Assembly (NCBI GenBank): GCA_964291655.2
Contig: OZ219802.1
Location: forward strand, 128,001-192,000
DNA length: 64,000 nucleotides
Direction: 5' to 3'
Source of the DNA: Chloroflexota bacterium
Lineage (GTDB): Bacteria; Chloroflexota; UBA11872; VXOZ01
The translations under genes and the position numbers were made by a program. The notes beneath the pieces were generated by a model, which ran no database searches, was not told the origin of the DNA, and saw only the letters and a list, made by a program, of their open reading frames with translations. Of this stretch, positions 40,393-50,685 are shown piece by piece (the first letter of the stretch is position 1; each line of letters opens with the position of its first letter).

Positions 40393-40874
40393 GTGGAGTC
40401 GTGAGCATTCCGCCGCCGGTTGCCGCGGATACTATTCAGGAACGTGTGCAAGCGGTCCTGGACGATAAGGTCATTGCTGCAAATACCCAACGCAATTTTC
40501 TGACGATAGAGATTGCGGCGGCGGACCTTCTGGCGGTCGCAACGGTATTGCGGGATGACCTGGAGCTTCGCTTCAATTACTTTGGTGACGTGACGGCGGT
40601 ACACTGGCCGGGCGAGACGCAGGAATATGAAGTCGTCTACCACCTGCGCTCGATTCCGGATAATCGCAGCATTCGCGTCAAGACGCGCATTGCCGCGAGC
40701 GAGTCGATAGAATCTATGGCACAGGTCTGGCCCGGCGCCGACTGGCCGGAGCGTGAAGTCTACGATCTAATGGGCATAAAGTTCGAAAACCATCCGGATC
40801 TCCGGCGCATCCTAATGGATGAAGACTACGAATATCACCCACTGCGCAAAGACTTCCCCCGGGAAGGTCTCTGA
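40389..40874 (+). CDS. nuoC: NADH-quinone oxidoreductase subunit C
   Basis: [37 protein letters not shown]. Confidence 0.96.
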   Translation: MSGVVSIPPPVAADTIQERVQAVLDDKVIAANTQRNFLTIEIAAADLLAVATVLRDDLELRFNYFGDVTAVHWPGETQEYEVVYHLRSIPDNRSIRVKTRIAASESIESMAQVWPGADWPEREVYDLMGIKFENHPDLRRILMDEDYEYHPLRKDFPREGL

Positions 40875-40913
40875 TTGATAGGGCGGCTCCGTAAGGAGTA
40901 GTGAGAGCGTCAG

Positions 40914-42119
40914 ATGGCGACTGTCGAAGTTGAACGCATCGCAGGTGAAGGCGATTCAGGACTGATCCTGAATATGGGGCCGCAGCATCCCAGTACGCAT
41001 GGTGTGCTGCGCGTCATCTTGAAGATGGATGGTGAATACATCGAGGAAGCCGTACCCATCATCGGCTACCTGCATCGCGGCACTGAGAAGATTGCCGAGA
41101 GTGAAACGTATACGCAAATTCTCGGCTACACGGACCGCATGGATTACACCGCAGCGGCGTCCAGTAACCTTGGCTGGTTGGTGGCCGTAGAAACGCTTGC
41201 AGGAATAGAAGTGCCGGAACGCGCGCAATGGCTGCGCTGCATTGTTGGTGAGTTGGGACGTCTGGCAGGACATCTGGTCTGGATCGGCACCCACGCGCTG
41301 GATATCGGCGCCATGTCGGTCTTCCTCTATGCCTTCCGTGCCCGTGAACGCGTGCTCGAACTCTTCGAAGAGCTTTGCGGTGCGCGGATGACCCACAGCG
41401 TCATGCGGCCCGGCGGCTTCCTGGAAGAGCCGAGCGAGACCTTCTACGAAAAGCTTGAGAGTTCACTGGACTACTTCATTAAGGAAATCAATCAATTCGA
41501 CAAACTGCTCAGCAAGAATGAGCTCTGGCTGGGACGTACTGTGGACGTGGGCGTCATTTCCGCCGATGACGCGATTGCGATGGGTCTTTCCGGCGCTTGC
41601 TTGCGCGGCTCGGGGGTGGAGTGGGACATCCGCAAAGCGGAACCCTATGCCGCTTACGATAAGGTGGAGTTTGACGTCCCAATCGGAACCGGCAAAGGCG
41701 ATGTCTATAGCCGCTATCTGCTGCGCCTTGAGGAAATGCGCCAGAGTGTGCGCATTTTGCGGCAAGTAATCGAACACTTGCCACCGGGCCCGGTCATGAC
41801 GGATGACGCGCGCGTCGCCCGACCCGACACGCCCCGCCTCTATACCGATATGGAAGCAATGATCAATCACTTCTGGATGTACATCCACGGCTTCCCGGTG
41901 CCACGCGGTGAGACGTACGCAGCTATCGAGGCGCCAAAGGGCGAACTGGCTTTCTATGTTGTCAGCGACGGCAGCGGCAAACCGTACCGTATGCACGTGC
42001 GCTCGCCGTCTTTTGTAAATCTGCAGTCGCTGCCGTATCTGGTTAAGGGACGGCTGCTGGCAGACGTGGTTGCGGTAATTGGAAGCATTGACATTGTGCT
42101 TGGAGAGATTGATCGTTAG
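40914..42119 (+). CDS. nuoD: NADH-quinone oxidoreductase subunit D
   Basis: NMGPQHPSTHGVLR, GYLHRG.EK, DR.DY, EAPKGE, D.VLGEIDR. Confidence 0.97.
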   Translation: MATVEVERIAGEGDSGLILNMGPQHPSTHGVLRVILKMDGEYIEEAVPIIGYLHRGTEKIAESETYTQILGYTDRMDYTAAASSNLGWLVAVETLAGIEVPERAQWLRCIVGELGRLAGHLVWIGTHALDIGAMSVFLYAFRARERVLELFEELCGARMTHSVMRPGGFLEEPSETFYEKLESSLDYFIKEINQFDKLLSKNELWLGRTVDVGVISADDAIAMGLSGACLRGSGVEWDIRKAEPYAAYDKVEFDVPIGTGKGDVYSRYLLRLEEMRQSVRILRQVIEHLPPGPVMTDDARVARPDTPRLYTDMEAMINHFWMYIHGFPVPRGETYAAIEAPKGELAFYVVSDGSGKPYRMHVRSPSFVNLQSLPYLVKGRLLADVVAVIGSIDIVLGEIDR

Positions 42120-42180
42120 CAACGATTTGCCTAGTGGACGAGTGGTCTCAAAATTCTGCGGTGGGTGAGAAGAGGGAAAG

Positions 42181-44742
42181 ATGCCGGTAACACTGACAGT
42201 TGACGGTCAAGAGGTAACGGTACCTGACGGGTCGACAATCCTCGATGCCGCGCGCAAGGCTGGTATCTACATTCCTACACTCTGTTTTGATACCTTCCTC
42301 AAGCCGTACGGCGCCTGCCGCATGTGCGTGGTTGAGGTCGAACGGGCCCCTAAGCCGCTCTCTTCCTGCAATACCATGGCCATGGACGGCATGGTGGTGA
42401 GCACCAAGACCGACCCGGTGGTGCATGCGCAGCAAGGCATCATGGAGATGACCCTACAGCACCACCCGCTCGACTGCCCGTATTGCGACAAGTCCGGTGT
42501 CTGCGACTTGCAGCACACCGCTTATGAGGTGGGCGTATACCGCAGCAAGTTGGGCAGCGACAATCCAAACGAACCGGACCACGAATTCAGCCCTCTAATC
42601 GAGTGGGACCCAAACCGCTGCATCTATTGCGGCAAGTGCGTGCGAGTCTGCGATGAAAGAGTCGGAGATAGCGCCCTTACCTTTAATCTGCGCGGCTTCC
42701 ACAGCTATATCGGCACGCAGTTCGATGAGCCGCTGGACTGCGTCGAGTGCGGAGAGTGTATTGAGGTCTGTCCGGTTGGCGCTCTGCTGAGCCGGCCCTT
42801 CATGCACAGCGGCCGCGCATGGCAGGTGCACCAGAGCGAGTCTATCTGCAACCACTGCAGCGTTGGCTGCCAGATGCACGTGGAGACGCGCATGGGCGAG
42901 GTGCTGCGCACAAAAGCGAATCCGGCGCTCCGCGACCAAACTCCGGTAAACACGCGAGACCGGGGCCCTGGAGACGGCATGCTCTGCACGCGCGGACGCT
43001 TTGGCTACGACTACATTCATGATGACGCGCGCGTGACTCAACCGCTGGTGCGCAGAGACGGTCAACTTGAAGCCGCAAGCTGGGACGAAGCGCTCAGTTT
43101 GGTCGCGGCGCAAATCACGGAAGCAAAAGCGCAGAGTGGACCCGATTCCGTAGCGGCCATTACCTCCGGGCGGCTCTCAGATGAAGAAAACTATCTCGTG
43201 TCGCGTCTCATGCGGGACGTCATCGGTACCAACAACGTAGACAGCACTGAGCGCTGGACGTTCATACCCACCCTCAGCACCTTAGGACCTGCCGCCTTCA
43301 ACTTCAGTATCGACCAGATGCAGCACATGGATGCTTTCTTGGTCGTCGGTGGCGACATTATGGAAAGCCATGATGTGCTTGGTATGCGCATGCGGCAGTG
43401 GGTACGCGACCAAGGAAAATCGCTTATCCAGGTCAGTAGCTTGCCGAGCAGACAGGACAACCGCTTCGCTAGCCATGTGTTGCGTGTGCGCCCGGGATCG
43501 GAAGAGCACCTGGTTCAAGGACTAGCCGGTGATATTTTGCGCCGATCAGAGAACGATAACGCGCCGGAGGAATTGCGTGGCTATACTCTGGAGAGCGCTG
43601 CCACAGATACCGGTATCGCTGCGGAGGAGATCGGCCAGGTTGCAGAATTACTCGCGCAGGCTGGCAACGTCGGCATAGTCTGGGCCCTCGGCAATTGGCT
43701 GATTGGCAGCGCCGAGAGCTTTGCTCAAGCGGCGGCCAATCTCAAGTTAGCCTTGCCAAGTGCAGACCTCTTCCCGCTGGCCAATAAGGCAAACTCCAGA
43801 GGCTTGGTGCAAATGGGCGCGGGAGCAGACATACTGCCGAATTTCCGCAGCGTTGATGACGCCCAGGCTCGCAGCGCGCTGGGCAGGCTGTGGGACGTGG
43901 TGCTGCCAGATTCTCAGGGACTAACAGTTGACGATCTCTTGGCCGGCGCCGATGTTGCTGTGCTCTTCGTAATTGGAGAGGATTTAGCCGCGAGTGCCCG
44001 CAATCGCAACCAAGCGCAAGCAACTCTTGAGCAAGCTGACTTTGTAGTAGTGCAAGACATCTTCGTAAGTAGCACGGCGGCGGAACACGCCGACGTCGTT
44101 TTGCCTGCCGTCAGCTTTGCGGAGAAGACCGGGACGTACACCAATTTGGAGGGGCGGTCTCAACGAGCCCAAGCGGCAATCCCGCCCGTAGGCGAAGCGA
44201 AACCCGATTGGCAAATATTGACTGAACTTGCGCTACAGCTTGGCGCGCAGTGGACATATCGGAATTCGGACTCGGTTGCGCAGGAAATTGCTGCAGTGTT
44301 GGCTGACATCCCCATTACGCACAGCACGCAGGGCTTCGGCTGGCAGGATCTCCCCACGCTCCCAAGCGTGAATGGAGACGGCAAGCTGCTCTTGGTAACC
44401 CAAGACCACCTCTTCGTGCCGGGAATTACCGGACGCTACAGTAGCAACTTGCGCCGGATGGTCGCAGAGCCGATAGCTGAATTGCATCCGGCACAGTTAG
44501 ACCGCATCGGCGTTCGAGACGGCGAAAAGGTAGGCATTCAGGCGAACGGCGCCGATCTGGTAGTTACTGCGAAAGCCAATGACCGATTGGCGGAAGACAT
44601 TGTCTATGTTCCCGTTGGCTTCCCGGATGCGCCGGTGGGCGCATTGCTAGGAGCGGAAGCCGCGGTGGCGGTATCAGTGCGAGCCGCAGTTACGTCATCT
44701 ACAGCGGCGGCGTCGAAGCCGACGACGCCGGGACAGAGGTGA
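42181..44742 (+). CDS. nuoG: NuoG-like subunit (Fe-S domains plus molybdopterin-oxidoreductase fold)
   Basis: [2Fe-2S] PTLC..GACRMC..SC; HPLDCPYCDKSG.C; CIYCGKCVRVC plus CVECGECIEVCP; CNHCSVGC...LC; ADVVLP...AEK.GTYTN.EGR.Q. Confidence 0.88.
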   Translation: MPVTLTVDGQEVTVPDGSTILDAARKAGIYIPTLCFDTFLKPYGACRMCVVEVERAPKPLSSCNTMAMDGMVVSTKTDPVVHAQQGIMEMTLQHHPLDCPYCDKSGVCDLQHTAYEVGVYRSKLGSDNPNEPDHEFSPLIEWDPNRCIYCGKCVRVCDERVGDSALTFNLRGFHSYIGTQFDEPLDCVECGECIEVCPVGALLSRPFMHSGRAWQVHQSESICNHCSVGCQMHVETRMGEVLRTKANPALRDQTPVNTRDRGPGDGMLCTRGRFGYDYIHDDARVTQPLVRRDGQLEAASWDEALSLVAAQITEAKAQSGPDSVAAITSGRLSDEENYLVSRLMRDVIGTNNVDSTERWTFIPTLSTLGPAAFNFSIDQMQHMDAFLVVGGDIMESHDVLGMRMRQWVRDQGKSLIQVSSLPSRQDNRFASHVLRVRPGSEEHLVQGLAGDILRRSENDNAPEELRGYTLESAATDTGIAAEEIGQVAELLAQAGNVGIVWALGNWLIGSAESFAQAAANLKLALPSADLFPLANKANSRGLVQMGAGADILPNFRSVDDAQARSALGRLWDVVLPDSQGLTVDDLLAGADVAVLFVIGEDLAASARNRNQAQATLEQADFVVVQDIFVSSTAAEHADVVLPAVSFAEKTGTYTNLEGRSQRAQAAIPPVGEAKPDWQILTELALQLGAQWTYRNSDSVAQEIAAVLADIPITHSTQGFGWQDLPTLPSVNGDGKLLLVTQDHLFVPGITGRYSSNLRRMVAEPIAELHPAQLDRIGVRDGEKVGIQANGADLVVTAKANDRLAEDIVYVPVGFPDAPVGALLGAEAAVAVSVRAAVTSSTAAASKPTTPGQR

Positions 44743-44757
44743 ATTAGGAACTGATTC

Positions 44758-45777
44758 ATGACTGAGCTTGTCATTGCCGTAATCTTCAAGTCGTTCATCG
44801 CCTTCCTGGTTCCGCTGCTGGCCGTGCCGCCCCTGATTTGGGCAGAACGTCGCATTCTGGGCCGCATCCAGTCACGAGTTGGCCCCAACCGCGTCGGCCC
44901 CTTTGGCCTATTCCAAACGCTGGCCGATGCCGTCAAGCTCTTGGGCAAAGAAGACATGATTCCGGCAGGTGCAGATCGTGCGCTCTTCATTCTCGCGCCG
45001 TTTCTGCTCTTGGTTCCGTCGTTTATGGCTTGGTCTGTGGTGCCGATTGGCACCGAGCTGCACATCTTTGGACGAGTCATCGGCCTCTATCCCACTGATC
45101 TTAACGTCGGCGTGCTCTACATCGTGGCGCTAACGTCCGTTGCGGTATACGGCATCGTTATGGCCGGCTGGGCGTCCAATAGCAAGTACGCCTTGTTGGG
45201 TAGCCTCCGGTCGAGCGCACAGATGATTAGCTATGAGATTATGCTTGGCTTGGCGCTCGTCGGTGTTGTGGTGCTCGCCGGGTCGCTCTCCTTGCCGGAG
45301 ATTGTGCGACAGCAGCAGGTGCCATACGCTATACCGCTGTTTATCGGCGCATTTGTCTTTGTTTGCGCCGCGTTGGCGGAAACCAACCGCGCCCCCTTTG
45401 ACTTACCGGAAGCGGAAACCGAGCTTGTGTCCGGCTATCACGTAGAGTACTCCGGCGCGCGGTTCATGTTCTTCTTCCTGGCCGAGTATGCAAATATGGT
45501 GCTCGTCTCCTTCTTGGTGAGTGCGGTGTTCTTGGGCGGAGGATGGCCGGCCCAGTTGCTGGAGCCATATATCGGCCATCTCTTCACAACCTTGCTTGCT
45601 GTTGGCATCATGATGGGCAAAGTCCTGCTCTTTCTTTTCTTTTACTTTTGGATCCGCGCCACGTTGCCGCGGTTTCGCTACGATCAAATGATGAACTTTT
45701 GCTGGAAAGTGCTTTTGCCGCTGGGACTGGTGAACCTTGCAGTCGCAACAGTGCTAAAACTGACTGTTTACGCCTGA
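44758..45777 (+). CDS. nuoH: NADH-quinone oxidoreductase subunit H
   Basis: ERR..GRIQ.RVGPNRVGPFGL.Q..ADA.KL..KED, AETNRAPFDLPEAE.ELV.GY..EYS, PRFRYDQ. Confidence 0.97.
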   Translation: MTELVIAVIFKSFIAFLVPLLAVPPLIWAERRILGRIQSRVGPNRVGPFGLFQTLADAVKLLGKEDMIPAGADRALFILAPFLLLVPSFMAWSVVPIGTELHIFGRVIGLYPTDLNVGVLYIVALTSVAVYGIVMAGWASNSKYALLGSLRSSAQMISYEIMLGLALVGVVVLAGSLSLPEIVRQQQVPYAIPLFIGAFVFVCAALAETNRAPFDLPEAETELVSGYHVEYSGARFMFFFLAEYANMVLVSFLVSAVFLGGGWPAQLLEPYIGHLFTTLLAVGIMMGKVLLFLFFYFWIRATLPRFRYDQMMNFCWKVLLPLGLVNLAVATVLKLTVYA

Positions 45778-45802
45778 ACCTAACTTCCGGAAAGGAGCCG
45801 CT

Positions 45803-46261
45803 ATGAGTTTTCGGATCGACTCGCTGCTGCCAATAGCGAGAGGGCTCAGTGTTACCCTCCGTGAGTTCTTCCGGCAGCCGGTAACAATCCGCTATCCGGA
45901 GGAGAAACGGCCCCTCTCTGCGATCTTTCGCGGTGCTGTTGGCATGCGGCGCAGGCCGGACGGTCGGCCGAAGTGCGTGGGCTGCGGCCTTTGCGAGACT
46001 GCGTGTCCGAACGAGTGCATTACCATCACGACGGAGTCGAATCCCGCACAACCTACCGATAAAGTGGTAACGTCATATACGCTTGACATCGGTCGCTGCC
46101 TCTTCTGTGGACTGTGTGTCGAAGCCTGTCCGGTGGAGGCATTGGAAATGACGAACGCGTACAATTTCTCTACGGATGACCGCAGTACACTCATCTACGA
46201 CGTTGATCGCCTGATGGACTTGGTGGACAAGCAAGGCAAGGAGGTAGCTACGCTTGAATAG
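45803..46261 (+). CDS. nuoI: NADH-quinone oxidoreductase subunit I
   Basis: T.RYPEE, CVGCGLCETACP, CLFCGLCVEACP. Confidence 0.96.
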   Translation: MSFRIDSLLPIARGLSVTLREFFRQPVTIRYPEEKRPLSAIFRGAVGMRRRPDGRPKCVGCGLCETACPNECITITTESNPAQPTDKVVTSYTLDIGRCLFCGLCVEACPVEALEMTNAYNFSTDDRSTLIYDVDRLMDLVDKQGKEVATLE

Positions 46262-46877
46262 CGAAACCTTGCTTACGTTGATTTTTGCGTACCTTGCAGT
46301 GGCGTGCGTCGCGCTAGCCGTGCTCGTGATCATGCTGCGCAATCCGGTCCAATGCGCGCTGGCACTTGTTGGTGTTGTATTCCATCTTGCGGGAATCTTT
46401 ATCCTGCTTCGCGCCGAATTTCTTGCCGTAGCACATATTATTATTTACGCCGGCGCCATAATCGTGCTCTTCCTCTTCACCATGATGCTGCTGAATCTTG
46501 GTGTAGTTGAGCGTGCGCGTCAGTTCCACGTCCAAGCGCCTCTCGCAATTGTGATTGGCGCAATTCTCTTTCTGGAGTTCATAGTCCTCACCGGGGCTAC
46601 TATTACGGTGGGAGCCTCGGGTCCCCACACGCCGGCCTGGGTGGTTGGACAGGGCGGCAACGTGCAAGCCTTGGGGCAAGTGCTCTTCCGCGACTATTTG
46701 CTTCCCTTCGAGGTAGCTTCGGTCTTGCTGACTGCTGCCGTAGTCGGCGCGATAGTCTTGGCAAGACAGAAGCCGAGACGACCCCGCTCATCCTCGCAGA
46801 TGGGTGTGGGGGAGTGGATGGCGGAACGGTACGAGAAAGCAAAACAACGAGAACAAGATCCGGCCAAGCCGCGTTGA
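46254..46877 (+). CDS. nuoJ: NADH-quinone oxidoreductase subunit J
   Basis: RNPV..AL.L, L.AEFLA...IIIYAGAI.VLFLF..MLL, YLLPFEVASVLL. Confidence 0.95.
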   Translation: MNSETLLTLIFAYLAVACVALAVLVIMLRNPVQCALALVGVVFHLAGIFILLRAEFLAVAHIIIYAGAIIVLFLFTMMLLNLGVVERARQFHVQAPLAIVIGAILFLEFIVLTGATITVGASGPHTPAWVVGQGGNVQALGQVLFRDYLLPFEVASVLLTAAVVGAIVLARQKPRRPRSSSQMGVGEWMAERYEKAKQREQDPAKPR

Positions 46878-46894
46878 GGAGCTAGTCGACCTAA

Positions 46895-47203
46895 ATGATC
46901 ATCCCGGCCTTGGAGTATTACTTGGTGCTGGGTGCGGCACTCTTTATCATCGGTCTGCTCGGTGTGCTGGTGCGGCGCAATTTACTGATTGTATTTATGT
47001 CGATTGAACTCATTTTATTGGGAGCAAACGTCACATTTGTTGGATTTGCCGTAGCTCTGAACAACATGCTGGGGCAAGCCTTCGTCATATTTTCCTTGAC
47101 CGTAGCCGCTGCTGAAGCGGCGGTTGGGCTCGCCACAATCGTGGCGTTGTCGCGCCACAGGGATTCGCTCAATGTTGATGAAATTGACACTCTCAAGGGG
47201 TAA
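46895..47203 (+). CDS. nuoK: NADH-quinone oxidoreductase subunit K
   Basis: LF.IGL.GVL.RRN...FMSIEL, GQ.F, VAAAEAAVGLA. Confidence 0.96.
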   Translation: MIIPALEYYLVLGAALFIIGLLGVLVRRNLLIVFMSIELILLGANVTFVGFAVALNNMLGQAFVIFSLTVAAAEAAVGLATIVALSRHRDSLNVDEIDTLKG

Positions 47204-47218
47204 AGGCGCGCAGAAGCA

Positions 47219-49126
47219 ATGACCGATGTTGCCTGGCTAATTCCGCTCCTGCCGTTAGTCGCGTTTGCGATAAATGGCCTCTTTGGACGCGCTTACCTAA
47301 AGAAGCACACCGGTCTCATTGCCAACGCGGGTGTGCTGGGGGCACTTGTCGTAACCGTGGCCCTCTTCATCACCCACTTGGACCATGCGGAACCGGCCAC
47401 GGTTTCACTGTGGACGTGGGCCGTTTCCGGCGACTTTGCCTTGGACATCGCATTGCGCGTGGACGCCCTGACGCTTGTCATGCTCTTGGTGGTCACGAGC
47501 GTGTCGTTCATGGTTCACGTCTACTCGATTGGCTACATGGCCAACGACCCCGGTTTTTGGCGGTTCTTCACCTATCTGCCGCTATTCGTCTTTGCAATGA
47601 TCATGCTCGTGATGGCGACAAACTTGCTCGTCCTGTTCGTTTTCTGGGAAGCCGTCGGCTTGTGCTCCTACCTGCTGATTGGCTTTGGGTTCGAACGCCA
47701 GTCGGCTTCCGCGGCAGCCATCAAGGCCTTCCTTACGAACCGCATCGGCGATGTGGGCTTCCTGATCGGTCTCATATTGGCATGGCATGTCTTTGGGACG
47801 CTGGACTATGACGAGATCTTCGCGCAAGCTCCGGCGATTGCGGCTGCGATGCCGGGCATGCTCACCCTCATATGTCTCTTGCTTTTCGTGGGAGCCATGG
47901 GCAAGTCGGCGCAATTTCCGCTGCACGTCTGGCTGCCCGATGCAATGGAAGGTCCGACACCGGTGAGCGCCTTGATCCACGCCGCCACAATGGTGACGGC
48001 AGGCGTCTATATGGTAGCCCGCTTCAATCCGCTCTACGTGCTGACACCGAACGCAATGATGGTGGTAGCACTTGTCGGCGCATTCACTGCCCTCTTTGCG
48101 GCTACGATCAGCCTGGCCCAGAACGACATCAAACGAGTCCTTGCGTTTTCTACGGTCAGCCAGCTCGGTCTCATGTTCATGGCTCTCGGCGTGGGGGCCT
48201 TCACCGCGGCAATCTTCCACCTGGCTACGCACGCCTTCTTCAAAGGTCTCCTGTTCCTTGGCTCAGGTTCCGTGATTCACGGTACCAATGAGGAACAGAA
48301 CATGCAGCGTATGGGCGGCCTCTTTGGAAAGATGCCTGTCACTGGAACCACGTACATCATTGGCGGCCTGGCGCTGTCCGGTATCATCCCGCTGGCGGGC
48401 TTCTGGAGCAAGGACGAATTGCTGGGAGCCACGTTACTTTCCGGTCAACTTGGCTATCTTCTCTTCTTCTTGGGGGCCTCGGCCTCATTCCTGACAGCCG
48501 TATACACGTTCCGTATGATATTCCTTACCTTCTTTGGCAAGACCCGCATGGAGACGGAGCGTCATTCGCATGTTCACGAATCGCCCCGGGTGATGACGAT
48601 TCCGCTCATCGTCCTGGCAGTGGGCGCAATAGGAGCCGGTATTGTTGGCATTCCGCCGGAGCACGGGCTAATTCACAACTACCTCCACGACACGTTCTTG
48701 TCGGCTGAGCTTGCCGGATTGGTCCACAAGCCGTCAACGGCATTTGTGCTCGCGTTGATGGGTGTATCTACACTCATAGCGGTGTTTGGAATCCTCATCA
48801 CCTACAGCATCCACATACGCAGATCTCCGTCGCCGGAGGCTGTCGCCGGCGCGACCCCGTTCATCCATGCCCTCCTGGTCAACAAGTACTACCTGGACGA
48901 CTTCTACGACACGGTCCTGACGGGCGGAACGAAGGGCGTAGGCTGGCTCTTCGCCTGGTTCGACTTGAACGTCGTGGATGGACTGGTAAATCTCATTGGC
49001 TTGATTGTCAACGGCGTTGGCGGCGGCCTCCGCCGCATGCAGACCGGCCGCTTGGAAAACTATGCCTTTAGCGTTGTCCTCGGTACGGCGCTTGTGCTCG
49101 CTTTCTACATCATAATGGTGCGCTGA
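47219..49126 (+). CDS. nuoL: NADH-quinone oxidoreductase subunit L
   Basis: VHVYS.GYM, WEAVGLCSYLLIGF, GKSAQFPLHVWLPDAMEGPTPVSALIHAATMV, HAFFK.LLFLGSG. Confidence 0.97.
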   Translation: MTDVAWLIPLLPLVAFAINGLFGRAYLKKHTGLIANAGVLGALVVTVALFITHLDHAEPATVSLWTWAVSGDFALDIALRVDALTLVMLLVVTSVSFMVHVYSIGYMANDPGFWRFFTYLPLFVFAMIMLVMATNLLVLFVFWEAVGLCSYLLIGFGFERQSASAAAIKAFLTNRIGDVGFLIGLILAWHVFGTLDYDEIFAQAPAIAAAMPGMLTLICLLLFVGAMGKSAQFPLHVWLPDAMEGPTPVSALIHAATMVTAGVYMVARFNPLYVLTPNAMMVVALVGAFTALFAATISLAQNDIKRVLAFSTVSQLGLMFMALGVGAFTAAIFHLATHAFFKGLLFLGSGSVIHGTNEEQNMQRMGGLFGKMPVTGTTYIIGGLALSGIIPLAGFWSKDELLGATLLSGQLGYLLFFLGASASFLTAVYTFRMIFLTFFGKTRMETERHSHVHESPRVMTIPLIVLAVGAIGAGIVGIPPEHGLIHNYLHDTFLSAELAGLVHKPSTAFVLALMGVSTLIAVFGILITYSIHIRRSPSPEAVAGATPFIHALLVNKYYLDDFYDTVLTGGTKGVGWLFAWFDLNVVDGLVNLIGLIVNGVGGGLRRMQTGRLENYAFSVVLGTALVLAFYIIMVR

Positions 49127-49136
49127 GGAAATCCCT

Positions 49137-50639
49137 GTGGAGTCATTCCCCATTCTCTCCCTCATTCTCTGGTTGCCGCTCATTGCAGCCGTAATCGTGC
49201 TGTTCCTTTCCGATCGCCGCGCGATGTTTGCGGTGTCCCTAGCAGGGGCCCTGCTTTCGCTCGTGCTGAGCGTTTTGGTATGGGCGAGCTTTGCTCCAGG
49301 CGCAGGCATGCAATTCCGCGAGACGTTCGATTGGCTGCCTGCCCTTGGCATTCAGTATGCGCTTGGCGTAGACGGCATAAGCCTTCTGATGGTGCTCCTG
49401 AATACGTTCCTGTTCTTCCTCTGCATCGTCTATGCATGGGCATCGGTTCACGATCGCGTGAAAGAATACCTCTTTACCATGCTCCTCTTGGAAGTGGGCA
49501 TAACGGGAGTATTTCTGGCGCTGGACTTCGTGCTCTTCTATGTCTTCTGGGAAATCATGCTTATTCCCATGTACGTGCTGATTGGCGTGTGGGGCGGAGA
49601 ACGCCGGGTGTATGCGACGGTTAAGTTCGTGCTGTACACGCTCTTTGGCAGTCTTCTCATGCTGGTTGCTATTCTGGCGCTCTATTTTGTGCACGGTAAT
49701 ACGACGGGCGTATACACGTTCGACATTCTCGAACTCACGCAAGGTACCTATGGTGAACGCTTCCAGCTTTGGGCGTTCCTGGCCTTCTTCCTCGCGTTTG
49801 CCATCAAGGTACCCATGGTGCCGTTCCACACATGGTTGCCGGATGCCCACGTGGAGGCGCCGACTACCGGCAGCGTCATTCTGGCCGGTATCCTGCTCAA
49901 GATGGGTGGCTACGGCTTTATTCGCTTTAGCCTGCCCCTTTTCCCCAGCGCAAGCCAGACAGCACAGACAGCCATTCTCGTGCTCTCCGTCATCGCGATT
50001 CTCTATGGCGCTTTGGTCGCATTGATGCAGACGGACCTTAAAAAGCTCATTGCCTACTCCTCAGTCAGCCACATGGGCTTTGTGACGCTGGGCATTTTCT
50101 CCTTTACGCAGCAGGGCCTCGACGGGGCCATCATGCAGATGTTTAGCCACGGCTTGGTGACGGGAGCGCTCTTCCTCTGTGTGGGGCAACTCTACGAGCG
50201 CACGCACGACCGGCTCATTGCCAACCTTGGCGGGCTTGCCCATCGGTGGCCGGTCTATGCCGTGCTCTTTCTCTTCTTCTCGCTCGCCTCAATCGGCTTA
50301 CCGGGACTATCGGGGTTTGTCGGCGAGTTCATGGTGCTGCTCGGGGCCTTCATGACCGGCACGCGCATCTTCGGTGTGCTGGCCGTGCTTGGCATCATTC
50401 TTTCCGCGGCTTACATGCTTTGGATGTATTGGCGGGTGATGCTGGGTTCATTGCGGGAAGCGCATCGCAAGCTAGAGGATCTTACACGACTTGAGACTGC
50501 GGTACTTGCCGCTCTCGCGTTGGTAATAGTGTGGGCAGGCGTGCAACCCCAGGGATTCATCGAGCTCTTCACTGCCGACACGAGCGGGATTGTAGAAGCA
50601 ATTGCAGCATCCGGAGTTACGAGCGCTCTGACAAGATAG
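49137..50639 (+). CDS. nuoM: NADH-quinone oxidoreductase subunit M
   Basis: LGVDGIS, FYVFWE.MLIPMY, AFAIKVP..PFHTWLPDAHVEAPT, LKMG.YG, IAYSSVSHMG. Confidence 0.97.
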   Translation: MESFPILSLILWLPLIAAVIVLFLSDRRAMFAVSLAGALLSLVLSVLVWASFAPGAGMQFRETFDWLPALGIQYALGVDGISLLMVLLNTFLFFLCIVYAWASVHDRVKEYLFTMLLLEVGITGVFLALDFVLFYVFWEIMLIPMYVLIGVWGGERRVYATVKFVLYTLFGSLLMLVAILALYFVHGNTTGVYTFDILELTQGTYGERFQLWAFLAFFLAFAIKVPMVPFHTWLPDAHVEAPTTGSVILAGILLKMGGYGFIRFSLPLFPSASQTAQTAILVLSVIAILYGALVALMQTDLKKLIAYSSVSHMGFVTLGIFSFTQQGLDGAIMQMFSHGLVTGALFLCVGQLYERTHDRLIANLGGLAHRWPVYAVLFLFFSLASIGLPGLSGFVGEFMVLLGAFMTGTRIFGVLAVLGIILSAAYMLWMYWRVMLGSLREAHRKLEDLTRLETAVLAALALVIVWAGVQPQGFIELFTADTSGIVEAIAASGVTSALTR

Positions 50640-50685
50640 CTCCTATTGGCCCGGTCTATCCGGGGCACGAGTGAGGACATAGCTA

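Noticed and set aside
42181-44742. Formate dehydrogenase alpha subunit or selenoprotein
   Set aside because: No Cys/Sec-His at the Mo-ligand position, no in-frame TGA, and the gene sits in the nuoG position.
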